64,000 nucleotides of DNA, taken from NCBI GenBank assembly GCA_964016885.1, contig OZ024740.1, positions 79,112,001-79,176,000 of the forward strand. The letters are read 5' to 3'. The notes below the pieces were generated by a model. The model saw only the letters and a list, made by a program, of their open reading frames with translations, ran no database searches and was not told the DNA's origin. Below, in pieces: positions 1-13,066 of this stretch. The first letter of the stretch is position 1. Every line of letters begins with the position of its first letter. This stretch comes from Eledone cirrhosa (taxonomy: Eukaryota). Made by a program: the position numbers and the translations under genes.

Positions 1-56
1 ATTTAAGTAACAGCCGTACTAAGAGTGAGAAATGAAATTTCGTTTCATTTTTTTCC

Positions 57-106
<50 letters not shown>

Positions 107-108
<2 letters not shown>

Positions 109-414
109 GAGCCTTGTTTGCCTTTAAAATGTAAGGGAGACAAACCAACATTTGTTGATTCTTAAAGGAGCATAAATTGCTTATGGTGCCTTTCCCGGAC
201 CCTATCACATAAGTAAAGTTTTACACTAATTAAATGTTCTATATTCAAATGAAGTTCAGTTATAAAAAAAATAAGCTTAAAAAGAATTTATTATATCAAA
301 TAAACAAAATATGAAACATAGACGTTTGAAAAAGTGTGTGTGTGTGGGGTGGGGTGGGGGGTGGGGGGTGGGGGGCGACTTATTCCCTGGTACCCCCCTG
401 AAATAAGACCCTTG
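107..414. mobile_element. Possible small MITE-like insert in a (TA)n tract
   Basis: Imperfect inverted termini CAGGAGCCTTGTTT ... AAATAAGACCCTTG with TA repeats on both sides. Contains a (GGGGT)n run at about 346-375. Confidence 0.3.
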
Positions 415-428
415 TATATATATATATA

Positions 429-1817
429 TCTATATATATAAAACTGAGGATGTCTGTCTGTGTGTGTGTGTGAGTTTGAATCCCTAAAACTCGAGAACCA
501 CCCAACCGACTATTTTCAAACTTTACACATGTAATACTTATGTTTCAGGGAGTGTTCTGAGCAAAAAAAGATTTCAAATTTTCAATGCCCTAGGGACCGC
601 ATTAGGCGATTTAGCGATCTCTCTCTATAATTCTTAGTCTTTCTCTTTTTAGATAGATACATACATATAACGTCGCGTCCTTGTAATATCTCTCTGTATG
701 TCTGGCTGTCTGTATTACGTCACTTTCCACAATTCCCTCTTAGTCCAGAACGCGCTCTTATAATATCTGTTTGTATGTCTGGCTGTCTGCATCGCACTTG
801 GCGCGTCAATGTATGGCTGTTAAACGGACCGCGAACGCATTCACATTCATTCTAAAGGCTACCAGTGGAAGCAACCATAACACCCTCCAAATGTCAGAGA
901 ACGCAGTCAAAGTCACTATTAAGGGCTACAAGTGAGCGCTCACATGGTCCTGTTTAGGGCCACCACTTGAAATTGTTGATGGTTACCTCTCCTTACTGGG
1001 GTGTCAGTGAACGGCTTTTAAGGGCCTTTGAAATAACTGATGGCGACCCTTTCGTTTAGGGCTGCCAGTGAACACGCACACGCCTCGGGGCCCATTTTAT
1101 TGCACCATTCCTCTTTAAATTTGTTAAATTATACCCACAGTTTGGTAAACGTTTTTCCAGTTGCGTTTATTTACTAAGGTGCGGCTGGCTCCTCCGAGAA
1201 GGCTCCACATGCTGTCCGATTGCACGTCATGCCTTGCTCAAGCATTGCAGACTTCCCTCTGACATAAGTGGTGACATCTGTCCTGCTGACTCATTTCACT
1301 TTATTAAAGTACAAATGCACCAAGCCGATTTTCTCCACGTGGAAGGAGAAGTATACCTAATACTAATTGCATCAGAGCATTCGGTTTATTATCTTTACAT
1401 ATTGTCCAGGCATGCAGTTTTTCCACGATTAGGTCTGTTGGCGGCCCGCGTTATGTTTCAGGGAGTGTTATGTACATAAAAAATTCAAGTTTTTGATCCC
1501 CTAGGTGAAAAACTTCATTTATTCAGCTTTTTAGGGCGTTTTGTAGGCGTTACGTCTAGCCGATTTTCCCGAAATTTCAAGGCATATTATGCACATAAAA
1601 AGAATTCATTTTCTTGATCCTCTAGGGCCGGCATTAGGTGAAAACCTGCATTTTTCCTGCCTCATCGAGGAAAATCTTAAAGATTATCCAGCCATGAGAG
1701 TATTCGTTTTATTTTCTTTATATATTGTCCAGGCATGCAGTTTTTCCATGATTAGGTCTGTTGGCGGCCCGCGTTCTAAAATACCTTATCCCGTGCAATG
1801 CCGGGTACCACTGCTAG
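429..1817 (+). mobile_element. Non-autonomous Helitron
   Basis: Begins A|TC (429) and ends CTAG|T (1814-1818), preceded by the subterminal hairpin CCCGTGCAATGCCGGG. Has internal duplications (about 1399-1452 vs 1722-1774). A second copy of the 5' part lies at 32433. No Rep/helicase ORF. Confidence 0.8.
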
Positions 1818-1922
1818 TATATATATATATAATTGCCATATAGCTCTGATTAATTGATTATCTATTTAACTCTCTCAGTCATAGAACAAAACTGGTTAAG
1901 GAAAGACACCATATATATATAT

Positions 1923-1974
1923 ATGTGTATGTGTGTGTATGTGTGTGTGTGTGTGCGTGCGTGCGTGTGTATTT

Positions 1975-2055
<81 letters not shown>

Positions 2056-2062
2056 TGTGTGC
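1923..2062. repeat. (TG)n microsatellite, representative of dozens of (TA)n, (TG)n, (TC)n, (ATT)n and (TATG)n tracts in the window
   Basis: Direct reading. Confidence 0.95.
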
Positions 2063-2349
2063 TTATACTTACGTATGTATTTGTATGTGTATCTTATTAT
2101 TTTGTCACAACACCCTCACGGTTGGGGAAAAATTAGGCGGAAACTTAATGCTTCTTCTAGGAAATATATTACTCGCCAAACGTCCAGCCTTTACCACCGT
2201 CCTCTGACCACTATACCACGTGATAATTCTTCCTCCCGAAAAGCTTTCACTGGTAATGTAGAGCGAAAACTTTTTCTTTATTATTTGAATGTGCCAAAGC
2301 CGGCCATTTATCGCTGGTATACAGGAAACTGACTGGCCAGTCTGCTGAT

Positions 2350-2420
2350 ATGCAAATTTGGCTGATCAGTGGATCTGCTAATATGCAAATCTGGATCAGC
2401 CAGTCTGCTAATATGCAAAT
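2350..2420 (+). promoter_or_regulatory. Three octamer motifs (ATGCAAAT) in a 30-33 bp tandem repeat
   Basis: ATGCAAAT at 2350, 2383 and 2413, each in a CTGCT(G/A)ATATGCAAAT context. Function not shown. Confidence 0.4.
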
Positions 2421-2480
2421 CAGGCCGATCAGTTACTGTATATTTTAGAAAATAGCATATATTTTCACTAGCTCTGACAG

Positions 2481-2560
2481 TTGGCATGTGAACAGTGAGC
2501 TGTACTGATGAAGGGTGATACCCAGAAACATTAGTGTCTGCAGTTCTGTTTACATGCCAA
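2481..2560 (+). ncRNA. Type I minimal hammerhead ribozyme motif
   Basis: GAGCTGTA-CTGATGA-a GGGT gat ACCC a-GAAAC ATTAGT GTC-TGCAGTTC. Stem I is extended by TTGGCATGTGAACAG / CTGTTTACATGCCAA. GUC cleavage triplet at 2536-2538. Confidence 0.85.
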
Positions 2561-2644
2561 CACAAGAGCAAGAATGAAGGGTTCATTCTACTGACATGGC
2601 TATAAAAATGAGGCTTGTTTGTACAATTGCAAAAGAATCGAATG

Positions 2645-2835
2645 TTGGTGGATTGGCAGTATCGGTAGAGGGTCGGACGCCATGCTTTGCAGCAAAGAGT
2701 TACGTCCCTTTATAGTCTGATTTCAAATCCCGCCGAGATTAAATTTGCCTTTCATCCTTACAGGGTCGATAAAATAAAGTACCAGTAATGCACTGGGATA
2801 ATTGCTGGCCTTGTGCCAAAAGTAGAAACAATTAT
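2645..2835 (+). mobile_element. tRNA-derived SINE with Deu/Nin-like central domain
   Basis: A-box-like TGGCAGTATCGG, B-box-like TTCAAATCC, core GCCTTTCATCCTTACAGGGTCGATAAAATAAAGTACCAG, and 3' GGCCTTGTGCCAAAAGTAGAAAC shared with many copies. Confidence 0.8.
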
Positions 2836-2957
2836 TAATATTCGAAAAACTCAGATTACATTTATCAATAATATTAATAAATGGAAAATATCTTTATAAA
2901 ACCATATATATTTTATTATACGTATTTCAAGGGTACTAATATTTAAGTACGCTTTCG

Positions 2958-3981
2958 TCAGATAAAATATAATAATTGGTATTAAGATAGTGACATATCT
3001 TCATATGAACTTAATGATATAAGTCCAGTGAATAGAATTGTTCAACACTCAAGGGGAATATGCTAATGAGGATAAAGTTAAAACTGAAAAGATCCGTTAA
3101 GTTTAGACGTTAGGTAAATTTTAAATACTTATTTAATTCTTTTTTAAAAGGTTTGCTATTAAATTTGAAAAAATTATAGTAGAGTTATTTTAGAATTATT
3201 TATAGAAATATACATATATACACCCAAAGATATATACATGGGGTTAGAAAGAATGACATAATTATACTTATTTATTTATTTATTTAATTTTTTTAATATA
3301 TATTTTTAAGAATATGGAGGTATTTATAATATTTAGATGAGAATTATAATGTATTGTATTAAATGATAAACTATTAATTCATTAAAGCAATTACAACAAA
3401 ATATGTGAATGAAATATACCCTGTATTTAGATATACGAGTGGATATATTTTAATACTATGAATGTAGTTATAAATATAATGTATTGTAGTACAAGTCATT
3501 ATTCAGGGCGGTGGATTGGCAGTATTGGTAGAGGGTCGGACGCCATGCTTTGACGTATAGAGTTACGGCCCTTGCCATTCTGAGTTCAACTCTCACCGAG
3601 GTTAACTTTGCCTTTCATCGATAAAATAAAGTACCAGTAATGTACTGGTTATTTGCTGCCCTTGTGCCAATAGTAGAAACAGTTATTTAAAAAATAAATA
3701 ATTATTTAGTACATAAATGATTATGTGTGAATAATCTATTATTGCATATGGTTAGTAATATAATGTTTAAATATTTATAGAAACCGTTTTAAAAAAAATT
3801 AAATAAGGATTTAAAATTTACCTAACGTCTAAACTTAACGGATCTTTTCAGTTTTAACTTTATCCTCATTAGCATATTCCCCTTGAGTGTTGAACAATTC
3901 TATTCACTATCCTCACTGGACTTATAACATGAAGTTCATATGAAGATATGTTACTATCTTAATACCAATTATTATATTTTA

Positions 3982-3986
<5 letters not shown>
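2958..3986. repeat. Long inverted repeat (2958-3154 vs 3781-3986) ending in (TA)n
   Basis: About 200-bp arms that are near-exact reverse complements. A SINE lies in the spacer. Confidence 0.85.
3507..3685 (+). mobile_element. SINE copy (same family as 2645)
   Basis: Matches the family consensus with a small internal deletion. Confidence 0.8.
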
Positions 3987-4013
<27 letters not shown>

Positions 4014-4278
4014 CTGAGGATCTTTCGATTCCAGAGTCAGGTTCGATCAAAATAGATCGTTCCTCGAGCTGATCGACAGTGTTATTAAATATGTTATGAT
4101 GCAACACTGACTCTTTGTTTCTTTATTCTATAGTATATATATATATTTATATATATATATATATAGTTAGAGAAGCAAAAAATTGCTTATTATGATCCAG
4201 TTCTTGGTTAAGAGAGCCAGTTTCATGGATGGTTTCAACGTACGGTTTGTAAGAATTCCGTTCAATCTTGGAGTATAA

Positions 4279-4997
4279 AGTATAAAAGAGAAAACACAGG
4301 TAAGCATTAAGAGAAGGATTTTATTCAGGTATTTACGACCGTTTCATTGGTAAGTGCTACCTTATATTGCTATACTGCAAATAGCAGCCACTCAATTATA
4401 ATTGTTATTCAGTCCAAATTTTCAAAATAGTGGCTATCTTTTCTTTTCTTCTTTCTCACCCCCTTCTTTGCTTTTATTTTTGTCATTATTATCTTTATCT
4501 TTATTTTTTATATATATATATATACATTTATATTTTTATATCTCCCCCTCTCTCTCTCCCTCTCTATCCATCCCTCCCACTATGATCAATTTAATTCTCT
4601 TTAACTCACTGCATTCCACGACATGAAGTCTGCTATCAAAACTGACCAATGAATCCTTCCACCTCCACCGCTCCCTCCATCTCAGTTTGTCACTCTACTT
4701 CCTACTTCTTCCCCCTCCCTCTCTCTCTATACTATTCCGTTTGTCCCCTCACCTTCTGATTCCTCTCTCTCTATACTAGTAAATACAATTCTAAATAAAT
4801 ATTTTTCTATATATATATTAAGAATTATTGCAAGAGTAACTTACTCACTATTTTGAAAATTTGGACTGTGAACAACAATTATAATTGAGTGGCTGCTATT
4901 TGCAGTATAGCAATATAAGGTTGCACTTACCAATGAAACGGTCGTAAATACCTGGATAAAATCCTTCTCTTAATGCTTACCTGTGTTTTCTCTTTTA

Positions 4998-5001
<4 letters not shown>
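4279..5001. repeat. Inverted repeat (4279-4434 vs 4850-5001) carrying a degenerate hammerhead 3' half
   Basis: Arms are reverse complements. GAAACGGTCGTA-AATA lies at about 4935-4950. Confidence 0.75.
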
Positions 5002-5052
<51 letters not shown>

Positions 5053-5067
5053 TAAATATACATAAAT

Positions 5068-5134
<67 letters not shown>

Positions 5135-5438
5135 CTATATATATTATAAATATATATATATACAATATCAAAACCAAATTGTAAAATTATAATATAAAAT
5201 TAAATTGAATTGTTTAGAACTACAATTGAAGTCATTCTTTTCCTTTTTTTAAATATACCTAACTGTACCAAGGATTTCACACATTCTCCTATATATATAT
5301 ATATATATAGTTGTTGTAAGGTTGCAATAAATGCGTCCGTAGGCGGTATGCCGTTTGAGCACTCGATGCTCGCGCGGAGCAGAGTATATTATTATAGATA
5401 ACGAGGAATTAGTGATGCATCAAAACACGATTTATTAT

Positions 5439-5528
5439 CATATTACATATGTTTCACCGATGATCAGCTCAAGACAGGATCTATTATAGATCGAACCTGA
5501 CTCTGCATTCGCAAGGTCGTCAGATATG
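5439..5528 (-). ncRNA. Type I hammerhead motif with large stem II insertion
   Basis: Minus strand: CATAT-CTGACGA-cc(about 55 nt)ggt-GAAAC ATAT GTA-ATATG. Stem III ACATATGT is palindromic. Related partial copies at about 4011-4095 and 5570-5660. Confidence 0.7.
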
Positions 5529-5664
5529 TTTATAGTTTTCAAGGCATTTCTTCCAACCAGCTGGAATAATATAATAGATCCTGCCTTGAGCTGATCGTCG
5601 GAGAAATATAGAAATATATGTAATATGTTAATAAATCGTGTTTTGAAGCGTCACTGATTGCTCG

Positions 5665-5721
<57 letters not shown>

Positions 5722-5917
5722 TAGTATATCTACCAACATATGTATACAGATGTATACCCATGCTAGCAAATATATATGTTATGTCTTAGTACCTTTGTGG
5801 TTCTATGCAGGGGATGCAGAACAATTATATGAAAGACGTAAAATAAGAAAAATTTTAAAAATTAAAAATTAATAAATAAGTTAATTTTTAATTTTTTAAA
5901 TTTTCTTATTTTACGTC

Positions 5918-6005
<88 letters not shown>

Positions 6006-6355
6006 GTGAGGTTTTTTTTACAAAATAACCGAGGTGTCCTACACGAGTGAGAGTATAAAGAAAAAAAGATGAAATCGAAAATGCAACTGGAGTCTTATTT
6101 TTAAAAAATATATATCTTTATTTTGTTCCTTTACCGGTTTCGCAGTTCTTCTGCTTTTCAAATATAGAGTTGAGATGGAGGGTCTGTGGAACCAAATAAA
6201 TATATATATATTTTTTTAAATAAGACTCCAGTTGCATTTTCGATTTCATCTTTTTTTCTTTATATATATATATATATCTTGGACGAATTCTATTTGTCTG
6301 GTTCGTTAAAATTTATATATATATATATATAGCAGCCAGGTTTACTCGACATTTG

Positions 6356-6794
6356 CTCAAAATAGTCTCTTACAATAAAATCGCTCTAGAAAGAGATTTT
6401 TCCGAGCCGTATATTATAATTGAATATAAAAGAAAGACGAACACAGATATATACATATATGTGTTCAAATCGCAAGGGACCAGATTCGCTAAGGTGAATT
6501 GAATACTAACTATAGACAATAGGGTTTGCCAAACTCAATTTAAGAATAAATCAAGAAAACCGGAATTGTGGTAACTACCAATCACCCATACAGCTAAGGC
6601 TTGGCTGTTTCGCTCATAGTCTCTTGCCTATTGTCTATAGTTAGTATTCTTTTCACCTTAGCGAATCTGGTCCTTACGATTTGAACACATATATGTATAT
6701 GTCTGTGTTCGTTTTTCTTTTATATTCAATTATAATATACGGCTCGGAAAAATCTCTTTCCTAGAGCTATTTTATTGTAAGAAACTATTTTGAG
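6356..6794. repeat. Inverted repeat (6356-6523 vs 6627-6794)
   Basis: About 168-bp arms that are reverse complements. Distantly similar to the fold-back at about 12340-12637. Confidence 0.85.
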
Positions 6795-6980
6795 TTTCTA
6801 ACTCAATATATACCTTTGATATATATACATATAACATTGGCAAAAAGACCAAAGACTGTTAATTATATTATATTTTAATTACCGCACGTTTCTTCCACAT
6901 CATAAAACATATAAATGATTAGTTAATCAATTATATGAGCAAATGATTGGATTTATCAGAATTAATAAAAAGTGCAAGAA

Positions 6981-7045
<65 letters not shown>

Positions 7046-7093
7046 CACACATATATGAATGTATATATATCTATATCTATATATCTATGTATG

Positions 7094-7138
<45 letters not shown>

Positions 7139-7269
7139 ATAATAATAAATTTCAAGACTAAAATTGTTTGCGTGTATGTATTTATTTATTTCTATTACTT
7201 CTGTATTGTATTTATTTACTTTGTTCTTAACTCTGTAGCGGAGTTTCATTTGGTCTCCTAGTTAGAATT

Positions 7270-7540
7270 TTAGTCTACGACTTCTGCTATACCATTTACG
7301 TGGTTTTGTCTTTGCGTGCTATTGTTCTCCACGCTCCACAAATGACGTATTATCTTCGTTTTTTTCGTTCATTGCCAGAGAACGTCTCTATGAACCACAT
7401 AAGAGAACATTAGTCTACGACCTCTTTTATACCATAAACGTGGTTCTGTCTTTGCGCGTAATTGTTTTTCACCGCTCCTATTAATGACGTATCTTATTCG
7501 TTTTTTCCCGTTCTTTGCCAGCGAACGTTTCCACGAACCA
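7270..7540 (+). repeat. Diverged tandem duplication of about 135 bp
   Basis: TTAGTCTACGAC...GAACCA occurs at about 7270-7398 and 7409-7540. Confidence 0.75.
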
Positions 7541-7602
7541 AAGTATCGTCTTCCTGTCTTCCTCCGGTTGCAACGTTTTTTGAAATATCCACTTCTGCGT
7601 TT

Positions 7603-7678
7603 ACAGATTGACTTTGTTAGTTTCAGAAGATCCCGTTAAGGGTGAAAGCAGCGATTCTTTGCTTAAACTTTAATCTGT
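7603..7678 (+). ncRNA. Hammerhead motif with one core substitution (CAGAAGA)
   Basis: AGTTT-CAGAAGA-t CCC gttaa GGG t-GAAAGCA..TGCTT-AAACT, with distal ACAGATTG/TAATCTGT pairing. Confidence 0.6.
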
Positions 7679-8648
7679 TATTTTAATAAATATATATATA
7701 TATCCTAAACGGACGGTAGTCCGTTTAGTAATATTGTTGTGGTCGTGTTTTCGCTGGCAATCGTCTGTTTACGACAGTACATTATTTAACTGAGATAAAA
7801 CTTATATGAGGATGAACAGTAGATCATTACGCATCTTTTGGCTTAAAAATCTAGAAATTTGATCCAGCGGGAAAAAGTTTATAATCAAAGTTTGCTGATA
7901 AATCTTGTGTTCAAGTGAGTGAGTAGTAAGCGTGACGCTAGGGGAGGTAATTACGAGGTAATTACAAGGGGAGGTAATCTAATATATTTCAAATTGTATT
8001 TTTAACTAAATTCATTTATCATAGTCTAATATTTTAAAAATAGGTGAGTGCTCCACGATGATGACCCATGTCCCCGCCATGTGGAGGGGATGCTTAGGAG
8101 CCATCCAGATATCATGTGACCATTTTTGGTTCGCGGTGTCCACATGATATATGGATGACCCTTTATACTAATTAGTCATTTATCTGCATAAAAATTATAC
8201 CAGATCATTCTGATTATTGGCTTGAAATCTTTTACAAAATTAGTATGAGCAACTAAGAGGTCATCAATAGAAATAGAATTACTTTTTGAAGTTTTCATGC
8301 ACAGCATTTTTGGGGATTTTAAATAAAAGTTAATATCATAATTCTTATTTTGTATACCCACATTGCAGATACAGAGAAACATGACAATCCTATATAAAGG
8401 TCGTAGACAGCAGTATCAGTTTTTATCCGTAACACCATTGAAATGCACAAGTTTCACCAATTCACTATTGTGCACTAATCATCTCAAATGCATTCATGAT
8501 TTACTAGCTTTGTCATTAAGCCAGTTGCCTCAATTAGATTGCAATTATACTCAAAAGAACTTTAAAATGTCAATCACTTGTCAGTAATTCACTATGATCA
8601 TTTAATTATTAGATAGTTGTTGCTTGCATTGCCTTAAAAAATAGTAGA

Positions 8649-9640
8649 CCAGATAGAAAAATGCGTACAGCAAAAAAAAAGTAATATTGTTGGAATATAA
8701 ACCTTTAAAAATACAGGACAAGAAACTAAAATAAAACTTTAAAGAATTGGACAAGAAATAAAAAATTTTACAATAATATTAGTGGCAACATTTTTTTATT
8801 CGTTTCCTGTGCTATGCCCCAGTATCTTCTTGATTAGTGCATAATAATTGTCATGCTCTCATTGTGCGTTGCCCCTGAGCGGTGGGTTCTGGTTGGGGTT
8901 GGTTGGCTGAGCAGTTCTGCTCCGTCAGAATGACCAGTGCAAGAAGAATTGGCCGATGCAGCTGCAGGTCTCCTCCAAGAATGCACTTCTGGTCCCGCAA
9001 CACCAGACGAAGATGGAGAAGACGACCGGGACTAGATGTCGACTCTGACCACCGACTACGTCACCTCCCTCAACCACCGGTCCTCCCTCCCTCTGTCCCG
9101 TCATCCCTCCAGTCCTTCTGCTCCCCCTTCCTGTACCAGAAAGCTGTGGCACGCATTCATCTGGACTGCCGGACTTGAACTCAAGGACAAGATGCAAGGA
9201 GAAGATGGACGGGTTGGTCAAGATCTAGGATGAGCAAGACGACAAGACCTTCCGCTGCTGCTCAAGATCTGTGCTCATGGACCCATGGGTCCATTCACAT
9301 TATGCATGACACATGAGGCGTGTCGCCGAATGATGAAATAGGGGTATGGTTATGGCCCAATTGGTGTTCAAACCAGAATCAAATGATCCCCCCGGTCTGA
9401 CGACGACCTCTGAATGTGGAACCCAGAGCCTATGAATGTGGAACTCGATTTTTTACCAATAAACATTTTGCCACTAATATTATTGTAAAATTTTTTATTT
9501 CTTGTCCAATTCTTTAAAGTTTTATCTTAGTTTCTTGTCCTATTCTTTTAAAGTTTTATCTTAGTTTCTTGTCCTGCATTTTTAAAGTTTTATATTCCAA
9601 CATTATTATTTTTTTTTGCTGTACGCATTTTTCTATCTGG
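8649..9640. mobile_element. Non-autonomous TIR element with about 140-bp inverted termini and a GC-rich interior
   Basis: CCAGATAGAAAAATGCGTACAGC... at 8649 and its reverse complement ending at 9640, followed by (TA)n. Confidence 0.6.
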
Positions 9641-9728
<88 letters not shown>

Positions 9729-9811
9729 TAAAAGGAATTCCAACTTTGTCTGATTTACTCGTTTTATTTACAATCCTTTAAAATTGCAAACTTGACTGTC
9801 ACCACAGAATA

Positions 9812-9850
9812 TGAACCTGAAGATTGCGAAAGCATGAAAGTACTTGTTCA
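9812..9850 (+). ncRNA. Minimal type I hammerhead ribozyme motif
   Basis: TGAAC-CTGAAGA-t TGC gaaa GCA t-GAAAG TA CTT-GTTCA. Stem III AGTACT is palindromic. Lies in the loop of inverted repeat 9721-9782 / 9909-9970. Confidence 0.85.
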
Positions 9851-10066
9851 ATTAACACTTAACATTTAATATTCTACCATACTATTTCATTCTAATACCA
9901 TTATAAATTTTAAAGGATTGTAAATAAAACGAGTAAATCAGACAAAGTTGGAATTCCTTTTATTAATATAATCTTCTATACACAATCATACACACCCGTG
10001 TATATTTATTTATATCTATATATCTCTCTCTCTATATATATATATGTATGTATATATATATGTATG

Positions 10067-10219
<153 letters not shown>

Positions 10220-10321
10220 AAAAGATTGTTTCTTCATCATACACTCTCACCCGGGAAAAGTTCTGTATGGCGCCAGTTCGTGATTTGAACTCGGGAATTT
10301 TATATTCTCCGAGTGAGAAGA

Positions 10322-10405
10322 ACCCTCTGACGAAAGTCTTCTTCTCAGTGGATTTCCGCATGGATTATCCATTTATTTTGAGACTTGAAACCGCGCGGTA
10401 AGGGT
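10322..10405 (+). ncRNA. Type I hammerhead motif with extended stem II
   Basis: ACCCT-CTGACGA-AAGTCT(41 nt)AGACTT-GAAAC CGCGCG GTA-AGGGT. Stem III ACCGCGCGGT is palindromic. Flanked by (TA)n on both sides. Confidence 0.88.
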
Positions 10406-10454
10406 AAATATAGCAGGTACAGTAAACTTTTTGAAATTTATTTTCTAAACCTTG

Positions 10455-10516
<62 letters not shown>

Positions 10517-10868
10517 AAGAAGGGTTTTATTTACAGTATTAACAATTGTTTCATTGACCAAGTTAGTGTCTTAAAATTGCTAATCACTTGAAGTTGTGTC
10601 ACTCAATTTTAAATACGATGTATGCTTAACCAAATCATTAGATAACTGTTGACCATGTTATTCTTCACTCTTTCACTATTATTACTCCAAGATTAACTTA
10701 CATAGGCATTTCCGAGAACTCATAAACTCGCTACCTAAGGAAACATCTTGTTGAGTCAAACAACGCCGTACGGTGAAACTATCCACAATACGGAGTATTC
10801 ACAACCTCTAACTGGATATATATATATATATATATAGAAGTGGTTACATAACAGTTAGTTCACCATAC

Positions 10869-10906
10869 CGAGAACAATCGTTTCACCTTAGCGGATCCTC
10901 AGCTCG
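10869..10906 (-). ncRNA. Minimal type I hammerhead motif
   Basis: Minus strand: CGAG-CTGAGGA-t CC gctaa GG t-GAAAC GATT GTT-CTCG. Lies between short inverted arms at about 10836-10863 / 10915-10945. Confidence 0.75.
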
Positions 10907-11008
10907 TAATTACGAGTGAACTAACTGTTGTGTAACCACTTCTACCTAACTCGTCCCATGGACTGAGTGCTCTACCACTACGGATATTACCTTCCAGTGT
11001 TCTACCAC

Positions 11009-11069
<61 letters not shown>

Positions 11070-11254
11070 CTATATATATATGTATGTATATATATATATA
11101 TATATATATATTTGTCTAAGGGAATTTCATTCCTTTGTCTCAAATTTCGAATTCACCGCCAAAACGGGGGTTACCTCCCTTTGAGTAAACCACGTGTCTA
11201 TAGCGAAATTTACTGCTAGAACACACCCGCTGAGGCTATAGAACGCAAGACTTG

Positions 11255-11355
11255 TTGACGAAGTAAATCCTTTGTTCTGTCGTCAAAGGCCATTAACTTG
11301 CAGAACCCTGCAAGCGGAATTAGTCGATCTCGGATTTACAGAAACCTAGCGTGGA
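11255..11355 (+). ncRNA. Degenerate hammerhead-like motif with multi-hairpin stem II
   Basis: TTGACGA-a GTAAATCC ... GGATTTAC a-GAAAC CTAGC GTG. The core and cleavage triplet are mutated and stem I is unclear. Confidence 0.4.
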
Positions 11356-12076
11356 TGTTGTATGTTATATGTGATGTATATTGTATGCTATACGATATGC
11401 GTTATGTGTTGCATTCGATCTCCGCGCGATGGTCCAGGTCAGTCAAAAATCTTTCCCTGAGTTCAGTCATTTTCGTTGTTATGGCAATGCGGCTGGACTG
11501 CCGGTCGCTATATTTGATTTGCAAAGCTGTCTAAACGTATTGTTATAACTCTGGGGTATTATTCTCCATCGAGTGCTAAAGGTACATTCCGAATCTGCAT
11601 TCGTCAGCTTAGCCGCAGCCTAAAGCTTCGTTAATGCTGTACTAAAATTTATATATATATATATTTTCTATACCTTTCATTTATATATATATATATATAT
11701 ATATAACGAAGGAATTGTGGTAAGGAAACAGATGGACCATAACGCACAAAAGTACTCAAAGTACTAAACTGTTTTTATATATTTATTTCCTTATTTTTAT
11801 AATGTTTTTTTTTACTCCCTTTCGATATACCTATTCTTTCAACCCCATCCTCCTCTTCTCCAGTACACTTTTTAAACCTTTTATACACTATCCTTAGAAT
11901 TTGCTGTATAGATTTCACTTTCATCGCCTGACTGCGTTTCCCCCACTCCCTCTTTGTTCTACCGGCAAGTTCAGCCACCCCTACCTCCCACCAAATGCCA
12001 TGATAGATTTATCTGTCTTTACAGCACATTTTTGACCAATCCTCTTGACAATTACTATCTTCCCATATAAGGAAAT

Positions 12077-12172
12077 ACCCCCTGAGAAGTACGGCTATTT
12101 ATTTACCAGGCTAAAAATTCTTATTTAGTCCAGAAATAGCCGCCGAAACGGCTTGAGCTCTGCCATCGGGGT
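12077..12172 (+). ncRNA. Degenerate hammerhead motif (GAGCTC-loop stem III family)
   Basis: ACCCC-CTGAGAA-..CGGCTATTT...AAATAGCCG..-GAAACGGC ttGAGCTCt GCCATC-GGGGT. Related 3' halves at about 12273, 32897 and 51436. Confidence 0.55.
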
Positions 12173-12635
12173 CATGCTTGTTCCTATATATATATATATA
12201 TATATATATATAAGAATTAAACCAGTATTAATCTACTCAGACCATCATTGGGATAGTGGGATAGTAGTTATTGAAATGGAAAGAGCTCAGCCGTCGGGCC
12301 TCCACTCTTTCTAATATATATATATATATATCATATTATATTTGGAGTAATTTACAATTAATTAGCTCAAAGAAAGAAGCATTTCTGAGCCGTGAAATAC
12401 AAGTTAATATAAATTAATATATGATAAACACGTAAGTGTTTGCATTGCAAAAGACTAAGTTAGCTAGAATGAAATAAACTAATTAAAATAAATATAGTTT
12501 GTCCGTCTCGATATAAATTTAAATTTGTCCAGGAATCACGGCTTTTGCCAATATGAGCTTGTTTTTATCGATTTATATCGAGACGGACAAACTATATTAA
12601 TTAGTTTATTTCATTCTAGCTAACTTAGTCTTTTG

Positions 12636-12729
<94 letters not shown>

Positions 12730-12733
12730 GCGT

Positions 12734-12768
<35 letters not shown>

Positions 12769-12861
12769 CGAGCGTGTATTTTGAAATACTTTCATTTATT
12801 GAATACTTCCGATTTATTATAGGCTAAATGTAAAATCGGAAATTTGTTCATCATGCCTTCT

Positions 12862-13033
12862 AGTTAACTTTGCCTTTCATCCTTACGGGATCGATAAAAT
12901 AAAGTACCAGTAATACACTGGATAATTGCTGGCCTTGTGCCAAAAGTAGAAACAATTAATGAATATCATTTAAGATGATATCATATATTTTCTACAGAAA
13001 CGCAATATCATTTCTGCAACTATGAATTGCGAA

Positions 13034-13066
<33 letters not shown>

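Noticed and set aside
346-375. G-quadruplex or telomere-like (GGGGT)n
   Set aside because: Grades out of a (TG)n tract and is not TTAGGG; no evidence of function.
2645-2740. tRNA gene
   Set aside because: A/B-box-like motifs belong to the SINE head. There is no cloverleaf, and the SINE core follows in all copies.
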